Assembly: GCA_013239625.1 (NCBI GenBank)
Contig: MU054049.1
Coordinates: 1,615,892-1,679,891, forward strand
Source: Lama guanicoe
Taxonomy: Eukaryota
Length of the DNA stretch: 64,000 bases
Direction: 5' to 3'
The position numbers and the translations under genes were made by a program. The notes beneath the pieces were generated by a model. That model saw nothing but the letters and a program-made list of their open reading frames with translations. It had not been told where the DNA came from and did no database searches. Positions 1 through 13,453 of the stretch are shown piece by piece. How positions within the stretch are numbered: the stretch's first letter is position 1; the number at the start of each line of letters is the position of its first letter.

Positions 1-180
1 CTTGCAATTAACAGGGAACTCTAAAGAGAAAGTAACCTTGGGGAAGGGAGCTGGCTTGAGCGCCTCACATTTCAGCAGCCGTTCACGGTGGATGTTGTGG
101 CCTCTCTTGGTCATCTGGCACGACTGTTAGCCTGTCAGAGATAGAGAGAGGGCCATTTACCCCGGTTCCCTTCTCCGCTT

Positions 181-203
181 CACACACACACACACACACA
201 CAC
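181..203. repeat. (CA)n microsatellite
   Basis: Perfect CA run immediately 5' of the duplication start. Confidence 0.95.
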
Positions 204-205
204 TT

Positions 206-3200
206 GTGCGCGGTGCTGTAAGTGCATAGTGGGCGTACGTGAATGTCTTGATTGTGTTAGTGAGTCAGTCATTTAATATTTGTCTTCAGACCAAAGTGGT
301 AAGGAGCTGAGATTTTGAGCTTGGAGCATTTGAAGAACCGAAAGTGTCCACACACACACACAGGTTCAGAACAGAGGCAGGAAACTGAGCTTCCCCTGAA
401 CAAGGAGCAGCCCAGGATGGGTGTACCAAACAGCAGCCTCTGAGCTCAGGGATTGCTGCTCTGGGAGAGGGTGGATTTTCCGGGGGCCAGAGCAAGAAAG
501 CCCTCTGGGAGTGGCAGTAACTGTGGGAAGGATCTCTGGGGCCTGGGTAAGGACATGTCTTCCTCATTGTGAAGCCTGAAGTTGGACAATAGGAAAGGGG
601 GGTTGGGTAGTGTACATGTACTTGGTAATGCTCAGTAATACCACTGTATCTCTCCTATTAGCAGTGCCCGTCTACTTCAGCCTGGAGCCATCCCACATAA
701 AAATGTAACTTGTTCTTTAAAAGGAATGAAGAATTCTAGTGATCTCTTGTGTAAAATATTGAAAATAGTAATGCATTGTTAGGATACTAGTTTTCATGCT
801 TGAAAATGGACAACAGTTTCTCCCGGATATAGGGTGGTTCCCCACTGTTTTGAGAAGGAGGCCATGTAGAGATGTGACCCAACAGTAAAGACTGTTCCTC
901 AGCTCCACTTCGTACTCCCCTCTCCAGAGCCACGAGGACTGTCAAGCACTTCAGATAAAGAGGTCCAGGTGCTGCCTCTCAATTCATCGACCCATTGGGG
1001 ACCACAGATTTCAGAGCCATCGGCTGTTCTAAGGTGGTTCCAAGTGATGGAGCTTTAAAAATATGCCCCCTGCAGCCTGGCATGAGCCCCTACCCACAAC
1101 CGCCCTCATTTCTGTGAGGGCTGTGTTTAGGGACTCACAGATTCCTCAAGATGTTTTTTAAGACTTCCTGCTCTTAGCTGGCAAACTGTTAATCAGTTTG
1201 TGGCAGCATAAATAAAATTAGAGGGTTTAATTAAAACTAATGAATGAGTGAGTGGAGACCAGCCTGGCCATTTTACTCTCTGAGCCTCAGAGCAGTAAAT
1301 AATGAAAATGTCACACGGCGCATGATATGTTTCAGCAGAAGAGAAGAGCCAGCAGAAACAAGGCCACAGGGAGCTCCTCCACCCCGGGTGCAATTTACAA
1401 GTGGGTGGAATCCCCATTTTAGTATATCTTATTAACTAATTGCACAGGAACTGTTCCAGTTTTCTGACCCTTCCCAAGAAAAGGGAACAGGGGGAGAGCA
1501 GTACACAGGGTGTCCATTCCTGTGTATCCTTGGTGTACTTTGATGTCCTGGTCCTCAGGGAAGGGAGCAGGGGACGCAATGAGGAGGCTGCACTGTCGGG
1601 TGTTAGCGGGCAGGGGTCTGGAATTCTGACTTTCTCAATGTGTCGGATACAAAAGGAAGAAGCATCGTACATCCTACTTGACTTTCAGATGCTCTCCCAG
1701 ATATTCACGTAGGTAACTGTTTATGACTGTTTGAGCCTAGACCTGAGCTCCATGTAAACGCTGAGTCCTTTTGGCACGGTTTGACTAAGGAATCTTCCAG
1801 ACATGCAACTACCGTGTGAGCGAGATAAGCTGGGACTTTGTTGGGACCTTTCAAAAGTCCCATGCCCCATGCCAACCCTCCTCCCAGCATCCACCTGTAT
1901 GATGTGAGACTTGCATCAGCCTCAGCCATAGCTTATCACTTTCAAGGTGAGTCCACACACAGATGCAAGGATCTTACAGTTCATTTTGTCCCAGAGTGGA
2001 GGCCTGCCCAAGCGTTTACATGTTGAAATGAATATTATTTTATTATGAACTACTTCCCTTTTATTTTATTCAGCCATGGCATTATACTGATTTCAAAAAA
2101 CTGCATGCCAATGTGTAGGGAGTGTTAAGAAGTATTCGTTACAGAAATGAGTGCATTGGATCAGATGCATTTGAGGACTCCTGTTCATGCCAACGTGTTG
2201 AGTATGAAAATCGTTGAGAACTCAGTCCTGCTGACCCTTGATTTCAGCCTGTGATACTTCCAACAGTCATGCTGTCTTCCAGTCTGGCTATGCTGGGCTT
2301 TTGACCTACAGAGCTGGGAGCTGTTAAACAGTGCTGCTTTAAACTGCTAGGTTTGTGTATAATCTGTTGTGCAGCAATGTGACATTAATACGGAGTGCGC
2401 GGTGCTGTGTGTGCATAGTGGGCGTACGTGAATGTCTTGATTGTGTTAGTGAGTCAGTCATTTAATATTTGTCTTCAGACCAAAGTGGTAAGGAGCTGAG
2501 ATTTTGAGCTTGGAGCATTTGAAGAACCGAAAGTGTCCACACACACACACAGGTTCAGAACAGAGGCAGGAAACTGAGCTTCCCCTGAACAAGGAGCAGC
2601 CCAGGATGGGTGTACCAAACAGCAGCCTCTGAGCTCAGGGATTGCTGCTCTGGGAGAGGGTGGATTTTCCGGGGGCCAGAGCAAGAAAGCCCTCTGGGAG
2701 TGGCAGTAACTGTGGGAAGGATCTCTGGGGCCTGGGTAAGGACATGTCTTCCTCATTGTGAAGCCTGAAGTTGGACAATAGGAAAGGGGGGTTGGGTAGT
2801 GTACATGTACTTGGTAATGCTCAGTAATACCACTGTGTCTCTCCTATTAGCAGTGCCCGTCTACTTCAGCCTGGAGCCATCCCACATAAAAATGTAACTT
2901 GTTCTTTAAAAGGAATGAAGAATTCTAGTGATCTCTTGTGTAAAATATTGAAAATAGTAATGCATTGTTAGGATACTAGTTTTCATGCTTGAAAATGGAC
3001 AACAGTTTCTCCCGGATATAGGGTGGTTCCCCACTGTTTTGAGAAGGAGGCCATGTAGAGATGTGACCCAACAGTAAAGACTGTTCCTCAGCTCCACTTC
3101 GTACTCCCCTCTCCAGAGCCACGAGGACTGTCAAGCACTTCAGATAAAGAGGTCCAGGTGCTGCCTCTCAATTCATCGACCCATTGGGGACCACAGATTT

Positions 3201-4584
3201 CAGAGCCATCGGCTGTTCTAAGGTGGTTCCAAGTGATGGAGCTTTAAAAATATGCCCCCTGCAGCCTGGCATGAGCCCCTACCCACAACCGCCCTCATTT
3301 CTGTGAGGGCTGTGTTTAGGGACTCACAGATTCCTCAAGATGTTTTTTAAGACTTCCTGCTCTTAGCTGGCAAACTGTTAATCAGTTTGTGGCAGCATAA
3401 ATAAAATTAGAGGGTTTAATTAAAACTAATGAATGAGTGAGTGGAGACCAGCCTGGCCATTTTACTCTCTGAGCCTCAGAGCAGTAAATAATGAAAATGT
3501 CACCACAGCGCATGATATGTTTCAGCAGAAGAGAAGAGCCAGCAGAAACGAGGCCACAGGGAGCTCCTCCACCCCGGGTGCAATTTGCAAGTGGGTGGAA
3601 TCCCCATTTTAGTATATCTTATTAACTAATTGCACAGGAACTGTTCCAGTTTTCTGACCCTTCCCAAGAAAAGGGAACAGGGGGAGAGTAGTACACAGGG
3701 TGTCCATTCCTGTGTATCCTTGGTGTACTTTGATGTCCTGGTCCTCAGGGAAGGGAGCAGGGGACGCAATGAGGAGGCTGCACTGTCGGGTGTTAGCGGG
3801 CAGGGGTCTGGAATTCTGACTTTCTCAATGTGTCGGATACAAAAGGAAGAAGCATCGTACATCCTACTTGACTTTCAGATGCTCTCCCAGATATTCACGT
3901 AGGTAACTGTTTATGACTGTTTGAGCCTAGACCTGAGCTCCATGTAAACGCTGAGTCCTTTTGGCACGGTTTGACTAAGGAATCTTCCAGACATGCAACT
4001 ACCGTGTGAGCGAGATAAGCTGGGACTTTGTTGGGACCTTTCAAAAGTCCCATGCCCCATGCCAACCCTCCTCCCAGCATCCACCTGTATGATGTGAGAC
4101 TTGCATCAGCCTCAGCCATAGCTTATCACTTTCAAGGTGAGTCCACACACAGATGCAAGGATCTTACAGTTCATTTTGTCCCAGAGTGGAGGCCTGCCCA
4201 AGCGTTTACATGTTGAAATGAATATTATTTTATTATGAACTACTTCCCTTTTATTTTATTCAGCCATGGCATTATACTGATTTCAAAAAACTGCATGCCA
4301 ATGTGTAGGGAGTGTTAAGAAGTATTCGTTACAGAAATGAGTGCATTGGATCAGATGCATTTGAGGACTCCTGTTCATGCCAACGTGTTGAGTATGAAAA
4401 TCGTTGAGAACTCAGTCCTGCTGACCCTTGATTTCAGCCTGTGATACTCCCAACAGTCATGCTGTCTTCCAGTCTGGCTATGCTGGGCTTTTGACCTACA
4501 GAGCTGGGAGCTGTTAAACAGTGCTGCTTTAAACTGCTAGGTTTGTGTGTAATCTGTTGTGCAGCAATGTGACATTAATACGGA
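206..4584 (+). repeat. Head-to-tail tandem duplication, two copies of ~2.19 kb (206-2394 and 2395-4584)
   Basis: Copies match at an offset of 2189/2190, with about ten substitutions or small indels seen by eye. Duplicated ORFs appear in the ORF track (286/2475, 717/2906, 1436/3626, 1838/4028). Confidence 0.97.
2215..2391 (+). mobile_element. MaLR (MLT1-like) LTR 3' fragment; second copy at ~4405-4581
   Basis: MLT1-like 3' end 'tgacccttgatttcagcctgtga...tttaaactgctaggtttgtg...gcagcaat...taatac'. Family from recall. Confidence 0.6.
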
Positions 4585-4822
4585 CAGGCACTCTTTTCCT
4601 GAGGACAACAGGGTTGGGTATTTGGAGGGTGATCTGAGGAGCAGCACCTGGGAGGAGCTGAAGCCAAGTCCTAACAGAGGGGAAAGTGCAGCCCAGGGGC
4701 CCAGACAGAACCCAGAGGCCGGGGAAGATGGATGGTCCAAGAAGAGGGGGAGAGTCAGCCTGGTGCCACCATATTGACAAGGTACAAATATCAGTGGTAA
4801 GTTCTCTTTAAAATGTTTTTTC

Positions 4823-4823
<1 letters not shown>

Positions 4824-4850
<27 letters not shown>
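4824..4850. repeat. (GT)n microsatellite
   Basis: Perfect GT run. Confidence 0.95.
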
Positions 4851-4853
<3 letters not shown>

Positions 4854-5359
4854 GACAGCACAGCCTTGTTATAGAAAATTCACTACTATAAGATAGTAAT
4901 AAAACCCCAGAAATCCTAACACTGACAATCATTGTCAACTTTGGTTTACATCCTTCATGGATCTATGCAAGATGGTGGTGAATCCCTCGACATAATAACT
5001 AATTTTAATGGAGGGCTTGTCATGGCTGAGTGCGGTGCAGAATGTGTTACAAGTTGCAACTTATTTAATCCTTGCAACACTTCGGAGTACTTAAGGTTTC
5101 ATATATACCTGGAAGTACTTATATTCTTATAAGTACAATTCTTATCACCATTTTACTGTCAATTTACTGAGGCCCAGAGAAACAGTACGACTTTCCTGGG
5201 GTCACGCTGCTGTAAGTACCGGAGCCTGGATGGGAGCTGAGGCAGTTGGACTCCGGAAGCTTGTGTTCTTAACTGTTACCTCTTTGCCGCTTTGTGTAGA
5301 CGAATTTGACAATGAATGCGGTTTTACAAACTGCTTTTCTCAGTCATGTCATGGGCCGT

Positions 5360-7570
5360 GTCTTAGGTTGCGTCCCAGAGCAAACAGGCACTAAAGCAGA
5401 GACTTGTGTGCAGAGATTTAAGGGGACTGAGGGAAGCAAGACTGGGCAGAGGGGAAAATTGGACCACAGTGTAATTTTTGACACAGGCCTTGACCCAGCC
5501 CGTGGGGAAGTTTGGAACCGGGATAGCCCTCCAGATTGAAACAGGAGGATGCTGCATTTTTTCATTTCCCCTAGGATGCAATATTGGTTCTGATTTAGTG
5601 TCTTGTCTGGGGATGAGGAAGAGCAGTTCTAGAAACTCCTACGTGGCCTCCCCTATTGAGACAGCTCTTACCCCCACAGGCCAAAGGACTGCTGTGGGAA
5701 TTCGATCAACTATCAAGTATGTACCTTCCAACTGCGCCTTTGGGGATGGGGAAAATAACCACAGGGTGGGTCTGTGCATCCTTCCACGAAAACTGTCCTT
5801 AGCTAACAGGAGCCACCTTGTTCAAAGTTACCTGCCCTCTAATGACTGATGGGTGTAGCGATCCAAAGAGCAGCCACCATGCACAGTTGAAAACAACCTA
5901 GCTCCAGCACGTGGAAAAGGTTAGTTTCTTGCCTTCCAGTTCAACTTTCTTTCTCTGCCCAGTCTTGCTTCTCCTGCTTCCATACTGTGCTCTTCTTGAT
6001 AAACTTCTTCGACCCAAGAGTCTCTTCCTCAGGGATCATGACCTGGAACAGCTGGAGTCAGGAGTGGTTCAAGGAAGCAGACGCTGCGGTGGGGTTTTAG
6101 GGCTGTATCACCCACTGGCCGACAAATGAGGACCCCATAACTGGGGTAAGGGTCGGGTAGACAGCCCTTAGCATGCTGAAGCAGGGCAATTCTCAAAACT
6201 TACACCAGTCATGCACCAAAAAGGGACAGCAGTAAAACAGTATTACAGGTGCAATGTCTCAGGCTTCTGAGAAGTTCAAGAGAGGTATTGACCATAAAAA
6301 CAATGAAATTGACTGGCCTTTACTATTGATGCCCAGTGAAAGAAAGGCAAAGAAAGGCTGAAGGTGATAAATAATCGATTAAAGGCATAGTGTGAAAGTT
6401 AGCCTTCTTAGCGACGTAGATTCTCATCTCTTGCAGCAAGAGCTGAAATCAAGCCCAGGAGTTAACTATAAAAGTAGTAGAACTCCAAGCAAGGTTGAAT
6501 TCTCCTCCCCAGCAAGTCTCCTATGCCATGGTCAGAGCTAGGGATGAGAAGGAGTGGGACCCTTAGGGATGGAGACATCTGGGTTGATGCATTTGAGAAC
6601 TCTGAGACCATGTCCCTCTGCACGCTCTGAGTCTTCAGAAGTATTCGCCTCCTTATTAGAGTCCAGGACCTTCCCCCACCTTGCTTAAAGACAGGGTAGG
6701 TCTGTGCTTTACAAGACAACACACACCTCCTCAGGATCTCCCTGTTACCTCCTCTACTAATCACCAGACTAATGACCGGGGTCAAGTCACAGTATAACCT
6801 GGCCAGATGAGTGCTAAGCCAACTAAAACTCAAAATTTGTCTCTTGTCGGTTCAGGCTGCAATAACAAAACCATTGACTAGCTGGCTTAATGGAATAGAA
6901 ATTTATTTCTCACCATTCTGGAGGTTGGGAAGTCAAAGATCAAGGTCAAGCATGGTAAGTTTCACTCTGAAACCTCTCCTCTTGGCTGCCATCTCACTGT
7001 GTGCTCCCATGATCTCTTCTTAGGGTGCATGTGGGGAAAGAGGGAACAAGCTGTCTGTGTCTCTTCTTATAAGGGCACTAATCCCATCATGAGGGTCCCA
7101 CCCTCATGACCTCACCTAACTATAATTAGCTCCCAAAGGCCCCTTCTCCAAGTACCACCACATTGAGGGTTAGGGCTTCAGCATGTGAGCTGGGTGGGAC
7201 ACAAACATCAGCATATAACATAATCTTCTGCCCAGTTTCTGGACCTGAGCCAATTTATGGCTCTTCAACCCATTGACTGAAGGAGAGCCAGGTCACCAGA
7301 AGGAAGTCCCCTGCTACATCACATGATTTCCCATCCCTAGGGGACCATTTCCTTGTGTGCATTATCTCTGCCCTAGAAGAATGGCTATTCCTTAAGTCTG
7401 CTATTCCTGTGTTCTTTAGAGTTCTTTAATTTTTACTACCCAATCCCTTATTATTCCATTCCCCTACATTAGTTAATAATTTTATATTAAACTGTCTATA
7501 TTCAAATTAATATATGATTTCTCACTCCTGTTTGATCCCTAGCTGATACAGAATTGGTACCAGGAATGGT
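5360..7570 (+). mobile_element. Old ERVL-class LTR and internal remnants (LTR16/ERV3-16A3-like and LTR33-like), interrupted by an MLT1 LTR
   Basis: LTR-end-like sequence followed by 'caggagtggttc' (~6060) and 'gatacagaattggtaccagga' (~7545-7566) resemble ERVL LTR/internal junctions. Heavily decayed; family names from recall. Confidence 0.45.
6840..7219 (-). mobile_element. MaLR solo LTR (MLT1A-like)
   Basis: Characteristic motifs 'aatttatttctcaccattctggaggttgggaagtcaaagatcaagg', 'cactaatcccatcatgagggtcccaccctcatgacct' and 'acacaaacatcagcatataaca'. Confidence 0.8.
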
Positions 7571-8289
7571 TTTCTCTCTCACCCTCTCTTACCTTACGAA
7601 GGTATTTAGAGAACTTGATAATTCCTGCTTATCGGATCTGACCAGCATAATATTGTCAGTTGAGCCACTGCGATGTTTTGTCAAATGTTGGTCAAGGCAT
7701 TCCGATTGCCTGCCCATCCCTGCATCCCACCACAGGAGACGTGTCTTTGACAAAGCCGTAGCCTCTGCTACTTTAGGACTTCATCCCTGCGTGAAACTAG
7801 AGAGTCCATCTCAATGAAAGCATCCCCTACCATCATATCTGACCTACAGACAACCACAGAGCTGTTGCAGGGGTGCAGGAGCTCTGCTCACTAATGTATT
7901 CTCAATGCCTTAGTTAAGAGAGTGTCTTCTGGCCTTCTCCTGGGAAGTCGGTGAGCCGGGGTAAGGGGGTAGATGTGCAGGTTGCACATGATAAATCTAG
8001 TCCAATATTCTTACCTCCCTAGCCTTTGAATTCCATTCTTTGTATCATGCCAGGACACCTCTAGCATCTGAATCTTACTGAATGTAGGCCAGCATTGAGT
8101 CCAGGTTTCAGTCAACCAACCAAGTAAGCTGTTGGAATCACCTCCAGCTGCACGTGCTACCACATTAAACATATATATATTTATATACATACATATTATA
8201 TATGAATTATAATATTACAAACACAAACATATCCATAGGAAAATAAGGAGGAAATACTCATGACAGTTACAGTTCTCATACTAAGATAT

Positions 8290-9500
8290 CCTAAGAGATC
8301 ACCTGTACTCCAGACATAGCCCCTCACCTCCACTGTGGAGTAGTCCAATTTCTCCTTGGTAGTTAAGATTAATCATCCCAGCCAATACAATAACTCTCTT
8401 CTTTGGTTGTTGACGCAGCAGCATGAGGAGCCCAAAGCGGCCAGATGGCAGTCTTAACCTCCAGTTCAGTAGAATCATGGGGTCTCCAGGTGGAAACACT
8501 TCTCTCTGTAGAACTAACACCTCTAGGCCAACAGTGCACAAAGTCAAGGGAACAGGAAGCCAAAAATTTGCTAGTGGGTCACCAGGGGTAATAGTGGTGC
8601 CACTTCCATTTCTGCCTCTTAATTTCTGAACCTGTGAATCCTGGCTGTGGAAGAAACAGCATCATATACTGGACACTGATTGTCCAGCATATACAGGCTT
8701 CCGGAGAACCTTGCCCCAGCCCTGCAAAGTATTGCCACCTACCTGGCACTGTAACCGAGTCTTCAAAAGGCCATTCCACCATTCCGCCAAGCCAGCTGCT
8801 TCAGAATGGTGGGGTCAGTGAATTCGATGAGCTTGGGTTCTTTGCCACACTTCTGATGCCATGCAGTGAGTTCCTTAATTAGAAGCACTGCTGTGTGGAA
8901 TATGCGACAGTAAATAAGGCATTCCGTGAGTTCACAGACAGTTTTGGCAGAAGCATTGCATGCCGGGAAAGCAGATTCATATCCAGATAAAGTGTTTTCC
9001 AGTAAGGTCAATGCTGCCTATTCCACGATGGCGGTAGTCCAGTGTAACTAACCTGCCGCTAGGTAGCTGGCTGATCACCCTGGGAAATGGTGCCACGCTG
9101 GGGACTCAGTGTTGGTCTCTGCTGCTAGCCAACTGGGCCCTCGGGCCCTCAGTGCTGGTTATAGCCAGGTCAGCCTTGGTGAGTGGAAGTTTGTGTTACT
9201 GACCCCACGCGTCTCTGCCACCATGGCTATTTTGTTTATGGTCCCATTGGGTGATCACAGGAGTGTCTGGGAAAGAGGATGACTGGTACACACAGAACAA
9301 GCCATCCTGTCTGCTTGATTATTACAATCCTCCTCTGCTGAGGTCACCCTTTGGTGAGCGTTCACATGGGATGCAAATATCTTCATTTTTTGCCCATTTG
9401 GAGAGGAGTATCTGCATCCTTTTTCCCCAAATTCCTGTTTCCCAAACATGCTTCTTCCAAGTCCCTGATCATCCAGCCAAACCATGAGCTATAGCCATGG
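8290..9500 (-). mobile_element. ERV-L pol remnant: RNase H, integrase and C-terminal dUTPase (degenerate)
   Basis: Minus-strand fragments in the ERV-L order: 'IFASHVNAHQRVTSAEEDCNNQADRM' (RNase H), 'TLSGYESAFPACNASAKTV..LTECLI' (integrase), 'PPGDPMILLNWRLRLPSGRFGLLM..VLAGMINLNYQGEIGLL' (ERV-L dUTPase). Confidence 0.9.
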
Positions 9501-9956
9501 CCTTTTTCCAAGAAAGGTGAACAAGCAGATGTACTGCATTGCAGTTCACCTACAGTGAGGCTCCATACAACATCCCCATCTGCCACCGACACTTTAGTTA
9601 TTTTAAAGACCAGATTTTAAGAAACATCAAGTAAATATTAACATGACACTTGTTTTTTCAGTTGATTAGTGGTTTCTCCCGTGCTCCACAAATATTTTTA
9701 AGCTATAGTATGATGCTCTATCAGCATGAAGATGCCTCACACTGTGTTTTAAGGCTTGTATACGTGTCCCATTCTTACACAGCCTGAGGACAGACATGTA
9801 CTTCCATATCCTCCCTGCCTAACACAATGCCTCAGATGCGATTCGGTTTGGGGTTTATGAAATGCATGGGAGGCTGGCACATGAGGTCCTGGAAGGGTCT
9901 GTTGGAGAGTTTCCTTCTACCTCCCTGGGTCTGGCACCCTCTTCTTAGCTTGGAAC

Positions 9957-10075
9957 AGTGCTTCTCAGAGCAGAGTCTGAGGTCCACCTGCATCCGCCTC
10001 GTGGATGTGCTTATTAAACACAGATTCCCAGGCCCCCTTCAGATCCCCAGAACTGGAATCCCCAGGAGGGACAGG
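9957..10075. mobile_element. MER5-like hAT MITE fragment
   Basis: 'cagtgcttctc...cacctgcatc...gtgcttattaaacacagattcccaggcccc' resembles MER5A/B. Confidence 0.45.
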
Positions 10076-11506
10076 ACTGTCTCCCTAGCTCCATGAGACC
10101 TGACACGTGGTGAGGGGTGGCCTCTGGGACCTTCAGACCAGGGGAGGCACTTCTGATTCCTCACCCCTTAGGAAGCCTCCTTTCCTCCTTCATCCTCGTC
10201 CTCATGTACCTCTCCCTCCTCCTCCGCCCAGGCTTAGCCAACATTTCCTTTCCTTCATTTATCTCCACTTCTTGTTACCTCCCTCTGTCAGCTTGGCCTG
10301 TTTTGCCCATCAGAATAACTATTGTGGGGTCCAGTGGTAACATCTTCCATAAAGTTACACTGTTTCATGTTTCCCACTGGAGGAATGTAGTATTGTATTT
10401 GTAGCTGGCTGTTCTAGCCTGAGTCGATACAGAAGCAATAGAGGTAGGGATGGAGGAACAAAGGTACAGAAATCAGCAAAGGTCCCAGGAAAAATCCCAG
10501 CTTAACAAAACAATGTTCAAGAAAAGAATGCAAAATGCTCTCAAAACAACGAGTGGTTTGGGAATCACAGCTTTAATTAAAAAAACACTTTTTTAATCCT
10601 TATTGGGCATGAGGGTTGGGAGTTGTAGCATGCATGGTGTGTGCTGTTTTCTGACTGATGACAATCGAGGCCTTTGGTCCCGGAGAGAAAATGCCGGGCT
10701 CAGCAAGATTCCAAAGTGGAAGCAATTTGGAATGAGTTGGAAGAGATCAATTCCCTGCCCAAAAGGTCTAAGCAAACCCAACCTAGAGCTTTTTACAGGA
10801 AGGATTAGACATGAAAGCAAAAATTTCATCAGAGCGAAGGTGTGTGTGCAACATATTGGCCCCTTGGCGTCATTTGAAGGAAATTAATGTGGAGGGCCAA
10901 AGAGGTGGTGTCTGCATTATGCCATGCTCCTGAGACCCGCCTGCGATTTTGTTCCTAGTGTAGCAGAAATAAATGCTCGCAGCAAGCCTTCAGGGAAAAA
11001 CAAGACACGTGCATAAGTAAGATTAATCAGTAAAGCTAGCGTCAACCTAATGAGTCATCTTTGACATCATAAAACCTGAAAACTACAAGGTGTGGACTGT
11101 CCGATCCATGCATTCTCAGAAGTGAAATGGGGCAGCCCAAGTGCACGGTGTGAGCAGTTCTTCAGCACATCAGCCTCGCAGAGCAGGAGGGAGAGAAAAA
11201 TGGCTGCATTGGGGTTTCTGGGTCTGCGTGGGAATGCTTCTGTGGAGACATGGGGTGGGGTGCTAGGATGGAGATAAATGAAGGTTTGGGGGCTCATGCA
11301 TCTTCTGCCCCCCAGGAACCCATTAACCCTTCTAGTTAAATGAAGCTCTCAGGGAAGCTGTGTTTCCGTTCAAACAAACCACCCATCAGGATTTCCTGGG
11401 GTGCAGCAAAATCTTCTGAGAGATGGGGGAAAGAAGGGGCACAGAGAACAGCCAGGACAGGACCTCCATGGAGCAGGACCTCCAGAAGGAAGATCCGGAA
11501 GGTCCT

Positions 11507-12389
11507 CTGCTGAGGACTTCCGGGATCAGTCACTTAGGGGAGGAGGGGGGCTGTATGCCCAGGACATTGGATGCTGCAGCCAAGTTTGTGGAAGCCAGGC
11601 AGCTGGCTGCAAGCAGGCCTTTCCAGGCCTGGTAGAAGAATGGAGTGGCCTTGTGTCCACCTGTGCTACCGAGCCTCCACCTACATTGGTCACTAGACCT
11701 CACGGGCCAGGCTTCGCCTAGAATGAGCCCCTCCTTCCTGCTGTGCATTTGCACCCAGCCTTTATTTCCTTTGAGCCTGAAAATCTCTTCTTGTCCTTCT
11801 CTCTTCCCAGCCCTGATTATCATCCCCAGACTCAGTGAAGGACAGGCTGAGGACCATGGTGCTGTCCTCATAAATCATAGTCCCTTTTAGAACGTGGCAC
11901 ATTTTACTCAGTGTCCCAGTTGTCCCTACCCCTGTTACCCTTAGCTTTCAAAACACCAGACCTCTTCCTCAGGGAATCCCAGTTATGTGGCAAACCAGAC
12001 CACAGCCTCTGGACCATACTTACTCCCCATGTGCTTATCAGTTTCGAGAGATTTCTTTAGACATCCCCAAAGCTTTCTTCTTGACTGATTCCATTTAGGT
12101 GGTGGACAGCATGCTCCAAGAGCCCCAGGAGTTCCTCTGTGGTTAGAGCCTCCTGAAAGAACACCCAGGTCCCTCCACTGTGCACAGCCCGGTTCTATGG
12201 GAGCAGCATTCTCCCTGCAGAGACAACAGCACATCGCATCAGTGATGGTACCCAACCCACTGCACACACTGCCAGCTCTGCTACTTGCAGCTGACTGCCT
12301 GGCTTCCACAAACTCAGCTGCAGCATCCAATGTCCTGGGGCACAGTCCCCCTCCTCCCCTAAGTGACTGATCCCGGAAGTCCTCAGCAG
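11507..12389. repeat. Dispersed inverted repeat, arms 11507-11616 and 12281-12389 (~110 bp, ~90% identical)
   Basis: The reverse complement of arm 2 matches arm 1. The peptide 'AEDFRDQSLRGGGGL' appears on opposite strands in the ORF track. Confidence 0.93.
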
Positions 12390-12614
12390 GAGCATCAGAT
12401 CTAGCCCTCTTTCTTAAGCCATGGGCATGCCCCCTATCCATGCATGAAACCAGAGGAGCAGTTTCTGGGACTCTTGCTCATGACAGCCATTGAGGGCACA
12501 AGAGGCCACGAGCTTTGGAGCGTTACAGCAACATGCCTGGCCCGGTGTCCTGGTTCAGTCACTCAGTGTGCATCCTGGCAAATGAGTATCCTGGAGCCTT
12601 GGTTTCCTTAGCCA

Positions 12615-13330
12615 TCACTCATTCAGTGAATATTTACTGTGCCTGCTATATGCCTGCACTGTTCTTGGCAGTGAGGATACAACAGCAAATAACAAACAAT
12701 CTTAGCTCTCCTGGAGCTGATACTTAGGTAGAAAAAGAAAGACAAATAACAAATGAGTAACCAAATAAATAAATGCAGTAACATCAGGCAGTGGTACATG
12801 CCATACCAGAAGTCCACGTGACAGAGAGACAGTGGCTGGACAGGAGGGGACTTGGATAGTGCAGACAGGGAGGGCCGCTCTGAGGAGATGATCTGTGAGA
12901 TGAGGCCTGATGACCCAGTGGAAACCAGATGTGGGAAGATCTAGAGTGAGGTGCAAGGAGAGAGGAAAGGTCGCTGATTTCCATATATTCAAGAAGGGGC
13001 AGCGAGTGGAGAACATGAAGGGGAGCAGGGCTCATGTGACTCCAAGACATGGGCAGGGCTGGGTCGTGTGGGGTCTTGTGAGCTACAGGCTCATCTCTGT
13101 TTGAATTTTATTCTAGTTGTAACAGGAAAACTACTGAATGGTTTTTAGTAAGAGAAGGATACCAGATTTCAGTTTTCAGAACTTTCCTGTCTGCCTGCAT
13201 GTTAGGAGTAGATGGTGGTGGTGGGGTGGGTGGAAGAGAAGTGGGTGACTATTCTTGTCCAAGAGAGTTTAGGGTGGAAATAGTGGAGCTAGAGCAGGGA
13301 CAACACTATTTCCTTCATGAAGTCCAGTAG
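12615..13330 (-). mobile_element. L2 LINE 3' remnant
   Basis: 'cattcagtgaatatttactgtgcctgctatatgcctgcactgttc' is a typical antisense L2 3' end, followed by purine-rich L2-like body sequence. Confidence 0.6.
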
Positions 13331-13398
13331 CAATCATAGTGATGATTGGGCAAAAGGACATTTTCAGTGGAATGAACTCATGAGCTTTAGGTCTCGAC

Positions 13399-13401
13399 TG
13401 T

Positions 13402-13453
<52 letters not shown>
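13399..13453. repeat. Compound (TG)n(AG)n microsatellite
   Basis: Read directly from the sequence. Confidence 0.95.
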
